DNA of 64,000 bases from Syntrophorhabdaceae bacterium (lineage in GTDB: Bacteria; Desulfobacterota; Syntrophorhabdia; Syntrophorhabdales; Syntrophorhabdaceae), in assembly GCA_963665295.1 (NCBI GenBank), contig OY762209.1:2336001-2400000 (forward strand), in the 5' to 3' direction. A program made the position numbers and the translations under genes. Shown here piece after piece: positions 20,977 to 30,888 of this stretch; position 1 is the first letter of the stretch, and the number at the start of each line of letters is the position of its first letter. Below the pieces are notes generated by a model. That model was not told the origin of the DNA. It ran no database searches and was given only the letters and a program-made list of their open reading frames with translations.

Positions 20977-22002
20977 TCATTCCGGCAACAGGCTCCAGGG
21001 GTTGACCCCGTCCCTCCATATGGTTATTTTCCCGCTGTCGTCGCCGGATGCCAGCACCTTGCCGTCCGGCCCGAAAGTCAGGAAATTCACGGGGCTATTC
21101 CCGTGACTGAGCATCTTCCTCCGGAAAGGGGTTTTGGTCTCCCAGAGATCGATCCGCCCGTTATGGTATGACGAGGCGAGTGTCTTCCCGTCGGCGGCGT
21201 ATTTAAGGGAGAGCACTACCGACCGTTGGGTGGTGGGTATCAGTTTTGACATATCTGCGGTAGCCACATCCCAGAGCACGATATTGGGAAAATTGCCGCC
21301 TGACGCGAGGACCTTGTTGTCCGGCCCAAAATCGATAGAACAAACCCGACGGGAACGGCTGTCAAGGGTGGCTACCCTGTTTCCCGTGAACGGGTCCCAC
21401 ATAATAACCAGCCTGTCATCGGATCCCGAGGCCAGCAGTTTGCCGTCCCCGCTGAATACGACGCTATTGACGCCCCGGCTGTGACCTTTGAGTTCTCTTA
21501 CCTTCTGCCATGTCGTAGTATCCCACAGAATGATGCGGGAGTCGGCGCCGGCCGATGCGAGGAGCCTCCCGTCTGGAGAGAAGGCGAGAGAACCGAGCTG
21601 ATCGGAGCCGGAGCCGAACTGGAGGGTTTTGGTCTGTTTCCATGTCGTAGTATCCCACAGAATGATGCGGGAGTCGGTGCCGCCCGATGCGAGGAGTCTC
21701 CCGTCAGGAGAGAAGACTACTGAATTAACCGCTCCTTTCTTCACCCAGCCTCCCCCTGCCTCGATATCGCCATGACCCTTGAGGCCGGCAAGTTTCTTCC
21801 CTGTAGCGGCATCCCAGACCTCAACGCTCAACGCGTTGTGTCCCGACGCGAGGAACCTGCCATCGGGACTGAAGGCGAGCGAGTTCACCCCTGCCCCGGA
21901 AGCTATCTCGATCTTTCCCTGGTTTGTGTCGGCCCGGCCGTGAGGTATTGCGACGGATGATACGGCAATGAAGAGGGCAACGAAAAGCATCAACTTTTTC
22001 AC
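20977..22002 (-). CDS. Secreted WD40-repeat protein
   Basis: Signal peptide and about 7 repeats of the type VxSxxFSPDGxxLASG..D..IxxWD. Confidence 0.92.
   Translation of the reverse strand: MKKLMLFVALFIAVSSVAIPHGRADTNQGKIEIASGAGVNSLAFSPDGRFLASGHNALSVEVWDAATGKKLAGLKGHGDIEAGGGWVKKGAVNSVVFSPDGRLLASGGTDSRIILWDTTTWKQTKTLQFGSGSDQLGSLAFSPDGRLLASAGADSRIILWDTTTWQKVRELKGHSRGVNSVVFSGDGKLLASGSDDRLVIMWDPFTGNRVATLDSRSRRVCSIDFGPDNKVLASGGNFPNIVLWDVATADMSKLIPTTQRSVVLSLKYAADGKTLASSYHNGRIDLWETKTPFRRKMLSHGNSPVNFLTFGPDGKVLASGDDSGKITIWRDGVNPWSLLPE
21508..21715. repeat. Recent internal duplication of a WD40 unit (132-bp period)
   Basis: 21508-21583 versus 21640-21715: 72/76 nt identical, first 38 nt perfect. Confidence 0.85.
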
Positions 22003-22177
22003 AACGAAACCTCCCGGATCGATTTTCTTCTCTGTAGCGTGATAAGGGGCGTCTTCCGGCGCGCAGTCAGGTTAAACTTCCTCTTGAAATTCTCTAAGAT
22101 AGTTTTTACATGAATACTGCAGGAAAGTCAAAGAACATTGCCGGGTTTGGCTTTGTCCCGTGACGCTTGCCTCCCGA

Positions 22178-22205
22178 TTGACAATTATGCGAGTCAGGCT
22201 ATACT
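22178..22205 (+). promoter_or_regulatory. Putative sigma70 promoter of fabI
   Basis: TTGACA-N16-TATACT. Confidence 0.55.
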
Positions 22206-22247
22206 TTCAGAATAGTGCCTCAAATTCTTCATACCGGGGGGTCGATC

Positions 22248-23033
22248 ATGATCAAGAGGGAGGGCGTGTACAGGTTTCTTGAAGGCAAAAAGGGTTTGAT
22301 CCTGGGCATTGCCAATGAGAGAAGCATCGCCTACGGGTGCGCGGAGGTGTTTCGTCTCCTTGGCGCAGACCTGGCGGTCACCTATTCGAACGAGAAGTCG
22401 GAGCCATTCGTGAAACCCCTTGCGGAGGAACTGGGGGCTCCCATCTTCGCGAAGTGCGACGTCGAAGTCCCGGACCAGTTAGAGACGGTCTTCGGGAAGG
22501 TCGGTCAGGTGTGGGGGAAGCTTGACTTTGTGCTCCACGCGATCGCCTATGCCCCCAAGGAAGACCTGCACGGCAGGGTAACGGACTGTTCAAGGGAAGG
22601 GTTCCTGCAGGCCATGGCGACTTCATGCTACTCTCTCATCCATACGGTGAGGCTTGCCGAGCCCCTCATGACAGGGGGCGGTTCCATTCTCACCGTTACC
22701 TATTATGGCGCGGAAAAGGTAGTGGCGAATTATAACGTCATGGGCCCCGTGAAAGCGGCCCTCGAAAGCAGTGTACGCTATATGGCCGCGGAACTTGGCC
22801 CGAAGATGATCCGGGTAAACTCTCTTTCCCCCGGGCCCATAGCAACGAGGGCAGCGTCGGGTATCGACCATTTCGATGCCCTCATGGAGCGCGCTACGGA
22901 ACTGGCCCCCGAACATCACCTCGTATCCATTGAAGATGTGGGTGCTTTTGCGGCTTTTCTCGTGAGCGACGCCGCAAAGAGCATCACAGGCGCAGTCCAT
23001 TATATCGACGGAGGATACCACATAGTCGCGTAG
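22248..23033 (+). CDS. fabI: Enoyl-ACP reductase
   Basis: LEGKKGLILGIANERSIAYG, YNVMGPVKAALES, IRVNSLSPGPIATRAASG, YIDGG. Confidence 0.95.
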   Translation: MIKREGVYRFLEGKKGLILGIANERSIAYGCAEVFRLLGADLAVTYSNEKSEPFVKPLAEELGAPIFAKCDVEVPDQLETVFGKVGQVWGKLDFVLHAIAYAPKEDLHGRVTDCSREGFLQAMATSCYSLIHTVRLAEPLMTGGGSILTVTYYGAEKVVANYNVMGPVKAALESSVRYMAAELGPKMIRVNSLSPGPIATRAASGIDHFDALMERATELAPEHHLVSIEDVGAFAAFLVSDAAKSITGAVHYIDGGYHIVA

Positions 23034-23121
23034 GAGGAGTCCGGCGGCGGGTGGTGTATATCAGGAGAACCTTCTATTCAATACCCCCCACTGATTATGC
23101 GTCGCGGGTCACTCCGGAAGC

Positions 23122-24480
23122 TCAACCCTCGGGCAGCACTTCAAGGGAAAAGTACGCGTGAACTTCCGTACCCTTTCCCGCCTGAGATTCAAAGGCCAGA
23201 CGTCCGCCTGCAAGGGCCGCGCGCTCCTGCATGCCGAGTATGCCGAAGCTCCGGCCTTTGAGCGCGTTTCCGCGCATCTTCTCTACGTCGAAGCCGGTCC
23301 CGTCGTCCTTCACGGTAAGGTGGAGCTCTCCGTCGTGTTCGGCGAGGTCGACACGCACGTTCCGCGCTCCCGAGTGGCGGACTACGTTGGTGAGGGCTTC
23401 CTGCACGATGCGGAAACATGTCACTTCAATGAGGGGCGAGAGCCGTTCTTCCGTGAACTTCGTGTGAAAGGTGCCGGTGAAGCCGGCCCTCTCCGCGAGC
23501 CAGTTTATATACCATTCCAATGCCGCGACGAGGCCGAAATCGTCCAGGATCGAGGGGAGCAACTCGATGGACATGTTGCGGATCTGTTTGATAAGCCCTT
23601 CCACGATCTTCAGGTTTTCATCTACTATCTCCGGTGTTGACCTGGCCGTCTTCGACCGTTGAATGCGCTTGAGGCCGATCCTGAGTGCGGTGAGGCTCTG
23701 ACCTATCTCGTCGTGAAGTTCCCTTGCGATATTCCGGCGTTCGATCTCCTGCACTTCGAGAAGGCGATGCGACAGGGCCCTCAGTTGGGCGGTCGTGGCC
23801 TGCAGTTGTTCGTTGGTCTTTCTCGCGGCGTCTGTGCGCTTCTTTACAAGCTCTTCGAGATGGCCCCGGTATTTGTTCAGTTTTTTCTCTGTCTTCTTGT
23901 GCTCCCGTATTTCCCGGCCCAGTTCCTGGTTTGTCCTGACCAGTTCGCCGGTCCGTTCTTCGAGTCGTTCGTATGCGGCCTTCAACGCCGTCTCAGCGTT
24001 CCTTAACCCTGTAAAATCCGTCACGGAGAGGACATACCCCTTTGCGGGGTCGTTGTGATCGAGAGGGCGGCTGTTCGCGAGAACGGGGATGCGGTTTCCG
24101 TTCTTATGCAGCAGGTCATGCTCATATGAGGATAGCCTGTTTTTTTGGGGGGAACCATTCGAAATTGCCTCTTGAACCTTGAAGTATGCTTCGGTATCGG
24201 GATATATGAGCCTGATCGTCCTGCCGATCAATTCATCCTGGCCCCTGCCCAGGATGTCGGTGAAGGCGCGGTTGCACCAGACGAAGGCATCGTTCCTGAT
24301 GAGGCTGAGACCGTGGGACGAACTGCTCAGGACCGCAACGAGCAGGTCCTGGGATTGTTTGACTTTCTCGTGGGCCACCGCGAGTTCTTCCGCCTGGTCC
24401 CGGGCGTCCTCGAGGTTAAAGATATACTCCTGAAGAAGCCGGCGCTGCCGTTCGTCGTGATTTGTGTTCGTATCGCTCAC
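23122..24480 (-). CDS. Cytoplasmic PAS-domain sensor histidine kinase (HisKA_3, NarX/UhpB type)
   Basis: PAS domain, coiled coil, ERRNIARELHDEIGQ H-box, QEALTNVVRHS, DDGTGF, GMQERA, GKGT; GAGGAG before GTG 24480. Confidence 0.92.
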   Translation of the reverse strand: MSDTNTNHDERQRRLLQEYIFNLEDARDQAEELAVAHEKVKQSQDLLVAVLSSSSHGLSLIRNDAFVWCNRAFTDILGRGQDELIGRTIRLIYPDTEAYFKVQEAISNGSPQKNRLSSYEHDLLHKNGNRIPVLANSRPLDHNDPAKGYVLSVTDFTGLRNAETALKAAYERLEERTGELVRTNQELGREIREHKKTEKKLNKYRGHLEELVKKRTDAARKTNEQLQATTAQLRALSHRLLEVQEIERRNIARELHDEIGQSLTALRIGLKRIQRSKTARSTPEIVDENLKIVEGLIKQIRNMSIELLPSILDDFGLVAALEWYINWLAERAGFTGTFHTKFTEERLSPLIEVTCFRIVQEALTNVVRHSGARNVRVDLAEHDGELHLTVKDDGTGFDVEKMRGNALKGRSFGILGMQERAALAGGRLAFESQAGKGTEVHAYFSLEVLPEG

Positions 24481-24950
24481 AGAACGTCTCCTCACGAAGT
24501 AAGATAGGGATGGGGTCTTGCCCGGAGACTTGCGGCGGAAAGCCGAGTTTACCCTCTGTGGGACAGATTATCATTTCTTTATTTGTTTTTTCCAGTTCAA
24601 TCTGCCGCGGAACATGATCTTTCTCCGCGGACCGGGAGGAACCTGTATGATCCATGGCCTGCCGGCGTCCCCCGAAGGCACCGACATGGCGTGCGATCAG
24701 GCCTGAATCCATGGCGCGGCGGATTTGACATGGGGTACGAAACAAGGTATAGTTGGAGCTTCGTGAGGTTCAAGGCCCGGTCGCCCGGAAGGGCAGGGTC
24801 CTTCGAAATTGCCGCCCTGAGTCACCATCGGATATCGCTGCTTCTCCAGTACTCACATTGACAGGCAATTCCCGGAAGAACTGATGAAACCCGTCCGGAC
24901 CCTTAATATCGCGTTTCTCACGGAGTAGAGGACGGTCGGGGTGGAGGATT

Positions 24951-25301
24951 ATGAAGGCGATGAAAAAGATTCAGAATATAGCGGCCTTTGTCGAGTTTTT
25001 CACGGGGTCCGGGCTTGCCGTTTTCTTTCATCTGGTGCTCCATCACGAACAGGGGGCCTATATTATTTTCGGCATCGGTATACTTCTTTCTTTGAGCACG
25101 TATCTCCTCAGAGAGGATAACGAGACAACAAGGGATGTCCTTTTGGATCAATATCACAAGGCCCATGAGACCACTTTCATGATCGCCGGGATTGCCGATC
25201 GGGAATGCCAGGCGAAGGCCCATGACCATGTGGCCCACGCTGTTGCGTTGCAGGACGACATGGTCATTCCCACTGTGCCCGTCACCCACGGCTCCCCGTG
25301 A
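24951..25301 (+). CDS. Small membrane protein, possibly C-terminally truncated
   Basis: GGAGG RBS and two hydrophobic segments; the C-terminus looks degenerate. Confidence 0.5.
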   Translation: MKAMKKIQNIAAFVEFFTGSGLAVFFHLVLHHEQGAYIIFGIGILLSLSTYLLREDNETTRDVLLDQYHKAHETTFMIAGIADRECQAKAHDHVAHAVALQDDMVIPTVPVTHGSP

Positions 25302-25360
25302 CCGGCGAGAACCCCCGCGGGCGGCGAAGCGTTTGAACCCCGACCCGGAGGGATAGGCAA

Positions 25361-26959
25361 CTATCGGTAAATGCCGCAGGAGACCACGTGGTCGTCAACG
25401 CGCATGCAGTAGGTTGACTTGGGAACCACTTCTCCTGTGGAAGGGTTCAGCCAGTTGTAATCAATCCAGCCGCTCCCTTTTGCTTTCGCGATATCCACCA
25501 GTTCTTTCCCGAAGAGCTTCCCGTCCACGTCCTTCATGGCGGACACATTCTTGCCGATGAGGATCGGGTTCTGGGGATGGGCCCTCATGAAACCTTTCAA
25601 ATCCTGGACAAAGATATAAAGGTCCCCTTTTGCGAACATGCCGCGGGGGTTGTTGAACTCCCCGAAGGCCTTGTCCTTTCCGTGAGACCTCAAATAATCG
25701 GCCGCCTTTTTCACGAGGGCTATCGCCTCTTCCGGGCTTGCGGAGGCCTTCGTCAGGCTCTTGTCCTGGAATGTGTATTTTTGCATGAGCGTATTGAGCC
25801 CGATAGTGAGGGCGGCTATCTGTGAAGAGGCTTCGCCGTTTTCCCTGATGTTGCCGGACGCGTGACTCATGACCTCTGATATCTTCTGTATATTGCCGGT
25901 TATCTCGTTCGTGGTGGAGGTTTGCTGCTCGGAGGCCACGGCGATCTGGTTGATTTGGGAGGCAAGGGTATTTACCTGGTGGAGGATTTCCTTAAGGGCA
26001 TTGCCTGATTTCTCCGTCTCCTCCGTGCCTGTTTCCACTTCCAGGACCCCTTCTTCCATGGACTTTACCGCCGACTTTGTCTCGGATTGCATTGCCTGGA
26101 TGGTGCTGCCGATGTCTTTTGTCGCCCCCGTGGTCCGTTCGGCGAGCTTCCTTACCTCATCCGCCACAACAGCGAACCCCCGGCCGTGTTCACCCGCGCG
26201 GGCTGCCTCTATAGCCGCGTTCAGGGCGAGAAGGTTGGTCTGGTCCGCAATGTCGTTTATGATCCCGGCGATCGCGCCTATCTGGTCGGACCGTTCGCCG
26301 AGGCCCTTGATTATGAGGGCCGATTCCTTTACCCTCTCATCAATACGTGCCATGGCCGACACGATGCCCTGAATGATATTCTCTCCCGTGTGGGCGGACC
26401 GGTTTACGATATCGGAGCTTTCGGCGGCGACCGCGCAGTTCCGGGCGATCTCCGTCGAGGTTGACGCCATCTCCTCACTCGCGGAAGCGACGGAACTCAC
26501 CTCCGTCACAATCGCCTCGACGCCTTTTGTCATGAGAACGGCCGTTGTTTCGAGGGTATTCGAGGCGAAGGATATCTTTTTGCTGCCTTCCGAGACCTTT
26601 GCGAGGGTTTCCCGGAGGGTATCCATAAGGGCGTTGAAATTTTTCGCCACCTCACCGAAGGGGTCATCCGATGCGGCCTCCATCCGGCGGGTCATGTTTC
26701 CTGCGGATATATCTTTTATTGCGGCGGCCGCTTCCCTTACACGCGTGAGAACCGCTTTCCGCGCAAAGAATGTGACGGCCAATGAAATGATCACCATGAG
26801 GGCCAGCGCCGATACGGCGACGGCAACTTCGGCGGGTGTCTTACGGTCCATGAGCCAGAAGAACGATAGGCAGGCAAAGATGAGGAACAGGCACAACGTC
26901 ACGAAGGATGGCCCCAGCACCCCTGAAGATATTGACATATTCCATAGATTCTTTTTCAT
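25361..26959 (-). CDS. Methyl-accepting chemotaxis protein with a C-terminal single Cache domain
   Basis: 2 [47 protein letters not shown]-terminal [34 protein letters not shown]. Confidence 0.93.
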   Translation of the reverse strand: MKKNLWNMSISSGVLGPSFVTLCLFLIFACLSFFWLMDRKTPAEVAVAVSALALMVIISLAVTFFARKAVLTRVREAAAAIKDISAGNMTRRMEAASDDPFGEVAKNFNALMDTLRETLAKVSEGSKKISFASNTLETTAVLMTKGVEAIVTEVSSVASASEEMASTSTEIARNCAVAAESSDIVNRSAHTGENIIQGIVSAMARIDERVKESALIIKGLGERSDQIGAIAGIINDIADQTNLLALNAAIEAARAGEHGRGFAVVADEVRKLAERTTGATKDIGSTIQAMQSETKSAVKSMEEGVLEVETGTEETEKSGNALKEILHQVNTLASQINQIAVASEQQTSTTNEITGNIQKISEVMSHASGNIRENGEASSQIAALTIGLNTLMQKYTFQDKSLTKASASPEEAIALVKKAADYLRSHGKDKAFGEFNNPRGMFAKGDLYIFVQDLKGFMRAHPQNPILIGKNVSAMKDVDGKLFGKELVDIAKAKGSGWIDYNWLNPSTGEVVPKSTYCMRVDDHVVSCGIYR

Positions 26960-27339
26960 CCGATTCCGTCACCCTCCTTGAGTGTATCTTTTCCTTCTCT
27001 CTTTATCGCCTTTCTGCGGAATTCATTAAGTCAAGCGCCCGGGCAGGTCCGGGGCCGTCCTTGAAATACGTGAAACCGTGATCTAAATTCTAAATGGGAT
27101 GATATCGAAGGGGATGCTGCACGGGATAGCGACCTGCCGCTATTGGCGGCAATGACGGAATCCGCCGTACGTATTTACACCATAGTCTCCGCACACACGG
27201 TATTCCCCGCGCATCCGGGCCTTGGCGGAAGTTGAGGACGGAGCGGTCCTTTCGACTTCCAATGATAAAAGGGGCAGGTCCTGATCAAAAGGCAGGTCTG
27301 CGAAGGGTCAGGGCGGAGGAAGGATGGCGGTGCTTTTGA

Positions 27340-28107
27340 ATGGCTTCAGGCATGAGACATAGGATCGTAGTGCGGCCCGGAAACGGGCAGGACGGGTCCT
27401 ATGGCCGCGCCGGCTGCGCGCCTGAGACCGGGGAATGGTTGAGGGCTTGTATCCGGGAAAGGGACGTGGTCATCAGGGACATCCTTCACCGTAACAAGAA
27501 TACCATGCAGTTCATCTCCGGTCTTCTCTACCTTCAGGCTGACGCTGCCGACGACGACCTGTTGCATAGGGTCCTGAAGGCCAACCAGATCCGCATCGAT
27601 TCCATATTTCTCGTTTATGAGAGGCTGTACCGGTCGGAGGGCCTGAAAGCGAAGGCAATAGACTTTTCCGATTATGTGCAGGACCTCCTCTCCCTCCTCT
27701 ATGAATCCCACGATATCGCCCCCGGCCGCATAGGCCTGAGCACGGACGTGCAACCCCTTTCCCTTGCGGTGGACACGGCTGTCCCCCTTGGGCTGATAGT
27801 CACCGAACTTGTTTCTAATTCCCTGAGACATGCCTTCTCCCGGGAGGAGAAAGGGCACATTTTTCTCAAACTAAAGGGCGGACCCGAAGACGGGTACGTC
27901 CTGACCATAAGAGACGACGGCAGAGGAATTCCCGGCCATGTCGATTTTCGTGAACCGAAGACCTTCGGTCTGAGGCTCGTGAATATGCTTTCGCGGCAAC
28001 TCCGGGCGACTGTTGAAATCGCGGGAGATAGGGGATGGGAGTCGAAAATTACATTTTCCGTGCCGGAGCGCGGCGAGACGAAGAAGGCAGGGGGTGTCCA
28101 TGGCTAA
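27340..28107 (+). CDS. HisKA_2/HWE-like histidine kinase with no evident sensor domain
   Basis: LHRNKNTMQ H-box, LGLIVTELVSNSLRHAF, DDGRG, FGLRLV; overlaps the next gene. Confidence 0.85.
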   Translation: MASGMRHRIVVRPGNGQDGSYGRAGCAPETGEWLRACIRERDVVIRDILHRNKNTMQFISGLLYLQADAADDDLLHRVLKANQIRIDSIFLVYERLYRSEGLKAKAIDFSDYVQDLLSLLYESHDIAPGRIGLSTDVQPLSLAVDTAVPLGLIVTELVSNSLRHAFSREEKGHIFLKLKGGPEDGYVLTIRDDGRGIPGHVDFREPKTFGLRLVNMLSRQLRATVEIAGDRGWESKITFSVPERGETKKAGGVHG

Positions 28108-30064
28108 CGCGGGAATTTTGATCGTTGAAGATCAACGGGTGATTGCCGAAGAGATCAAACGACGGCTTACGAATCTCGGGTACTCCGTTCTGGGCATTGC
28201 GTGTTGCGGCGAAGAGGCGGTGGCCTTTGTGGATCAAGTGGTCCCGGACCTCGTGCTGATGGATATCGTCATGGAGGGCGGCATGGACGGTGTGGAAACG
28301 GCGGACCGCATTCAATCCCGCTACGACATACCGGTTGTCTATCTCACCGCCCACGCGGATGACGCCACCCTGCGCCGCGCCAGGTTGACAGGACCTCTCG
28401 GCTACCTCGTAAAGCCTTTCAGAGAAAAAGAACTGCATGCCACCGTCGAAACAGCCCTGTACACCCACGAGTTGATGCTGGAGCGGAAAAGGGCCGAGGA
28501 AGAATTGCGGACGTATCGTGAACACCTCGAGGAACTCGTGCTGGAGCGGACGGTCCACCTCAGGGAGGTAAACGATCAACTGGTGCAGGAAAAACTCAGG
28601 TTCCAGGCGATTTCGAAACACGCCTTCCGGCAATCAAAGCTCCTGGAGGCGATCAACAGGCTGCTCAGGGAATCCATGCATGCCGAAACCGCCGAAGACC
28701 TGGCCCGCACGTTCCTTGCGGTGGGAACGGGCCTGACGGGCAGCAGATGCGGCTTTGCCGGTGAATTCACACGATCGGGAGTCTTCACGACCTTTGAAGT
28801 GGTGTGCAGGAAGGCGGGAAGCGCGACCCTCCCGCTCCATAAAGCGACACGACTTGTGCGGGAAATAGAGAACTCCGGGATTCTGAACGAAATTGCGGAG
28901 AAGGGCAAATCGCGGATCGTCAACCTTCCGTCGGAATGGAGGGGTCAGCCATGGCCTTTCCTCCCGATTTCCGAAATATTCTCCTTTATGGGGGTCCCTT
29001 TAAAGAGGCGGGGCCGGCTGGTCGGGCTGGTCGGCTTTGTAAACAAAAGGACCCGCTACACGGATATTGACAAGGAGAATGGAGAGGCCCTTTCGGTGGT
29101 CTTCGCGGAGACTCTGCACCGGAAGTACACGGAACTGGCCTTGAAGGAGAGTCGCGAAATGTTTTCCCTTTTTATGGACCACCTGCCTGCGGCGGCGTTC
29201 ATCAAGGACGCAGGGGGGAATGACCTTTATCGCAATAGGTACATGAAAGGCCTTGTGACGGGCTCAACGCGCTCCATATTTCAGAACGGTGAAGGGGCGG
29301 AACCCCGGGAGGGGGTCTGTCCGCCGGTTGAGCATATCGAGGAAGTGGCCCTTCAGAAGAGCGTTTACGAAGTGCACAGGTTTCCCATAGTGTTTCCGGG
29401 CAACCCCATACTCAAGGGTGGCATCGCCATAGACATCACGGAGCGGAAGAAGGCCGAGGAAGATTTGCAGGGGAGCGTCGAAAAGATGAGGCAGATACTG
29501 GAACAGACAGCAAGCGCCCTTGCATCGGCCCTTGAGAAGAAAGACCCTTACACAGCGGGCCACCAGGAGCGGGTTTCCCTGCTTGCGAGCGCCATCGCAA
29601 AAGAACTTGACCTCCTGGGCTACCAGATAGAAGGATTGCGCGTGGCCGGCATCCTCCACGACATAGGTAAGATATATGTTCCCTCCGAGATCCTGAGCAA
29701 ACCGGGAAAGCTGTCGGTCCCTGAACTTGCCATGGTAAAGTCCCATGTGGAGGCAGGATATGATATCTTGCGGAATGTGGATTTCCCGTGGCCTCTCGCC
29801 CGGATTGTCCTCCAGCACCACGAAAGACTCGACGGGTCAGGATATCCCCAAGGCCTCGCAGGGGAAGACATCATGCTGGAGGCGAAGATCCTTGCCATAG
29901 CGGACGTCGTTGAGGCCATGTCGTCCCATCGTCCTTACAGGCCCTCGAAAGGGGTAGTACCGGCGTTACAGGAGATAGAGACGAACAAAGGCACTCTTTA
30001 CGAACCGGCGGTAGTGGACGCGTGCGCCAGGTTGTTCAATGAGCGGGGTTTTTCATTCGATTAA
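28100..30064 (+). CDS. REC-GAF-PAS-HD-GYP response regulator / c-di-GMP phosphodiesterase
   Basis: ILIVED..PDLVLMDI..LTA..YLVKPF receiver domain; DPYTAGHQ, LHDIGK, HHERLDGSGYP, HRPYR. Confidence 0.93.
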   Translation: MANAGILIVEDQRVIAEEIKRRLTNLGYSVLGIACCGEEAVAFVDQVVPDLVLMDIVMEGGMDGVETADRIQSRYDIPVVYLTAHADDATLRRARLTGPLGYLVKPFREKELHATVETALYTHELMLERKRAEEELRTYREHLEELVLERTVHLREVNDQLVQEKLRFQAISKHAFRQSKLLEAINRLLRESMHAETAEDLARTFLAVGTGLTGSRCGFAGEFTRSGVFTTFEVVCRKAGSATLPLHKATRLVREIENSGILNEIAEKGKSRIVNLPSEWRGQPWPFLPISEIFSFMGVPLKRRGRLVGLVGFVNKRTRYTDIDKENGEALSVVFAETLHRKYTELALKESREMFSLFMDHLPAAAFIKDAGGNDLYRNRYMKGLVTGSTRSIFQNGEGAEPREGVCPPVEHIEEVALQKSVYEVHRFPIVFPGNPILKGGIAIDITERKKAEEDLQGSVEKMRQILEQTASALASALEKKDPYTAGHQERVSLLASAIAKELDLLGYQIEGLRVAGILHDIGKIYVPSEILSKPGKLSVPELAMVKSHVEAGYDILRNVDFPWPLARIVLQHHERLDGSGYPQGLAGEDIMLEAKILAIADVVEAMSSHRPYRPSKGVVPALQEIETNKGTLYEPAVVDACARLFNERGFSFD

Positions 30065-30093
30065 GGGAACGGCTCCTGCCCATAGACGAAGCC

Positions 30094-30888
30094 CTACATT
30101 CTGCCGGGCATGACCACGCCCAGGCCGAGGCCCATTCTCAGGTAAAGAAATATTGCGAGCAGCACCATGAGGAATGCGAGGACCGTCCAGTCGCGCCCCC
30201 TCATCGACGGCTCGTAGTAAAGGGTGCGTGTCGAATCAGGGGTAAAGCCCCTTGATTCCAGGGCCATGGCGAGGAGGTTCGTGTAGCGGATGGCGGATAT
30301 GAACATGGGTACCGCGAGGGGGATCAACTTGCCGAGGCGGGTGAAGACGTTCTTCGATTCGAGATCGAGTCCGCGCGATACCTGGGCCTCCACGATGGTC
30401 GCCCCCGCCCCCGCGAAGGTGGGCACGAGGCGGAGCGCCGTGGAAAGGGCGAACGCTACCGGGTAGGGAAGCCGCATCTTGATAAGCCCGTTTGTTAATT
30501 CCTCGTTCTTCGTGGCGGCAAGGAGGAGCAGACCCGCCATCACGAACGTGGCGAGCCTCAGGCCCATGGCAACGCCGAAAAGGAGGGACTCCCGGCTTAT
30601 CGAAAGGAACCTCCACGACCAGAGGGTCGTGGGCCCCTTCGAGAAGAAGGGCCAGAGGAGCGAACTGAATACCACGAGCAGTACGAGTATATACCGGACC
30701 TTCCAGAAGGTCGGGTATACCCGGGCCGAAAAGGCCGCCGCCAGTATCCCGAGGGTCACCCCTGCCACAAAAAGAGGGTGGTTGAATGAGAGGGTCAGGG
30801 CAAAGAGTATGAGGGTGCCTATCAGTTTGGTCCGGGGGTCCAGCCGGTGCAGCCATGAATCCTGATCCAGAAAGAAGGAAACGTTCAT
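30094..30888 (-). CDS. ecfT: ECF transporter transmembrane T component
   Basis: SWLHRLDPRTK, ALRLVP, AQVSRG and ALESRGF motifs. Confidence 0.92.
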   Translation of the reverse strand: MNVSFFLDQDSWLHRLDPRTKLIGTLILFALTLSFNHPLFVAGVTLGILAAAFSARVYPTFWKVRYILVLLVVFSSLLWPFFSKGPTTLWSWRFLSISRESLLFGVAMGLRLATFVMAGLLLLAATKNEELTNGLIKMRLPYPVAFALSTALRLVPTFAGAGATIVEAQVSRGLDLESKNVFTRLGKLIPLAVPMFISAIRYTNLLAMALESRGFTPDSTRTLYYEPSMRGRDWTVLAFLMVLLAIFLYLRMGLGLGVVMPGRM

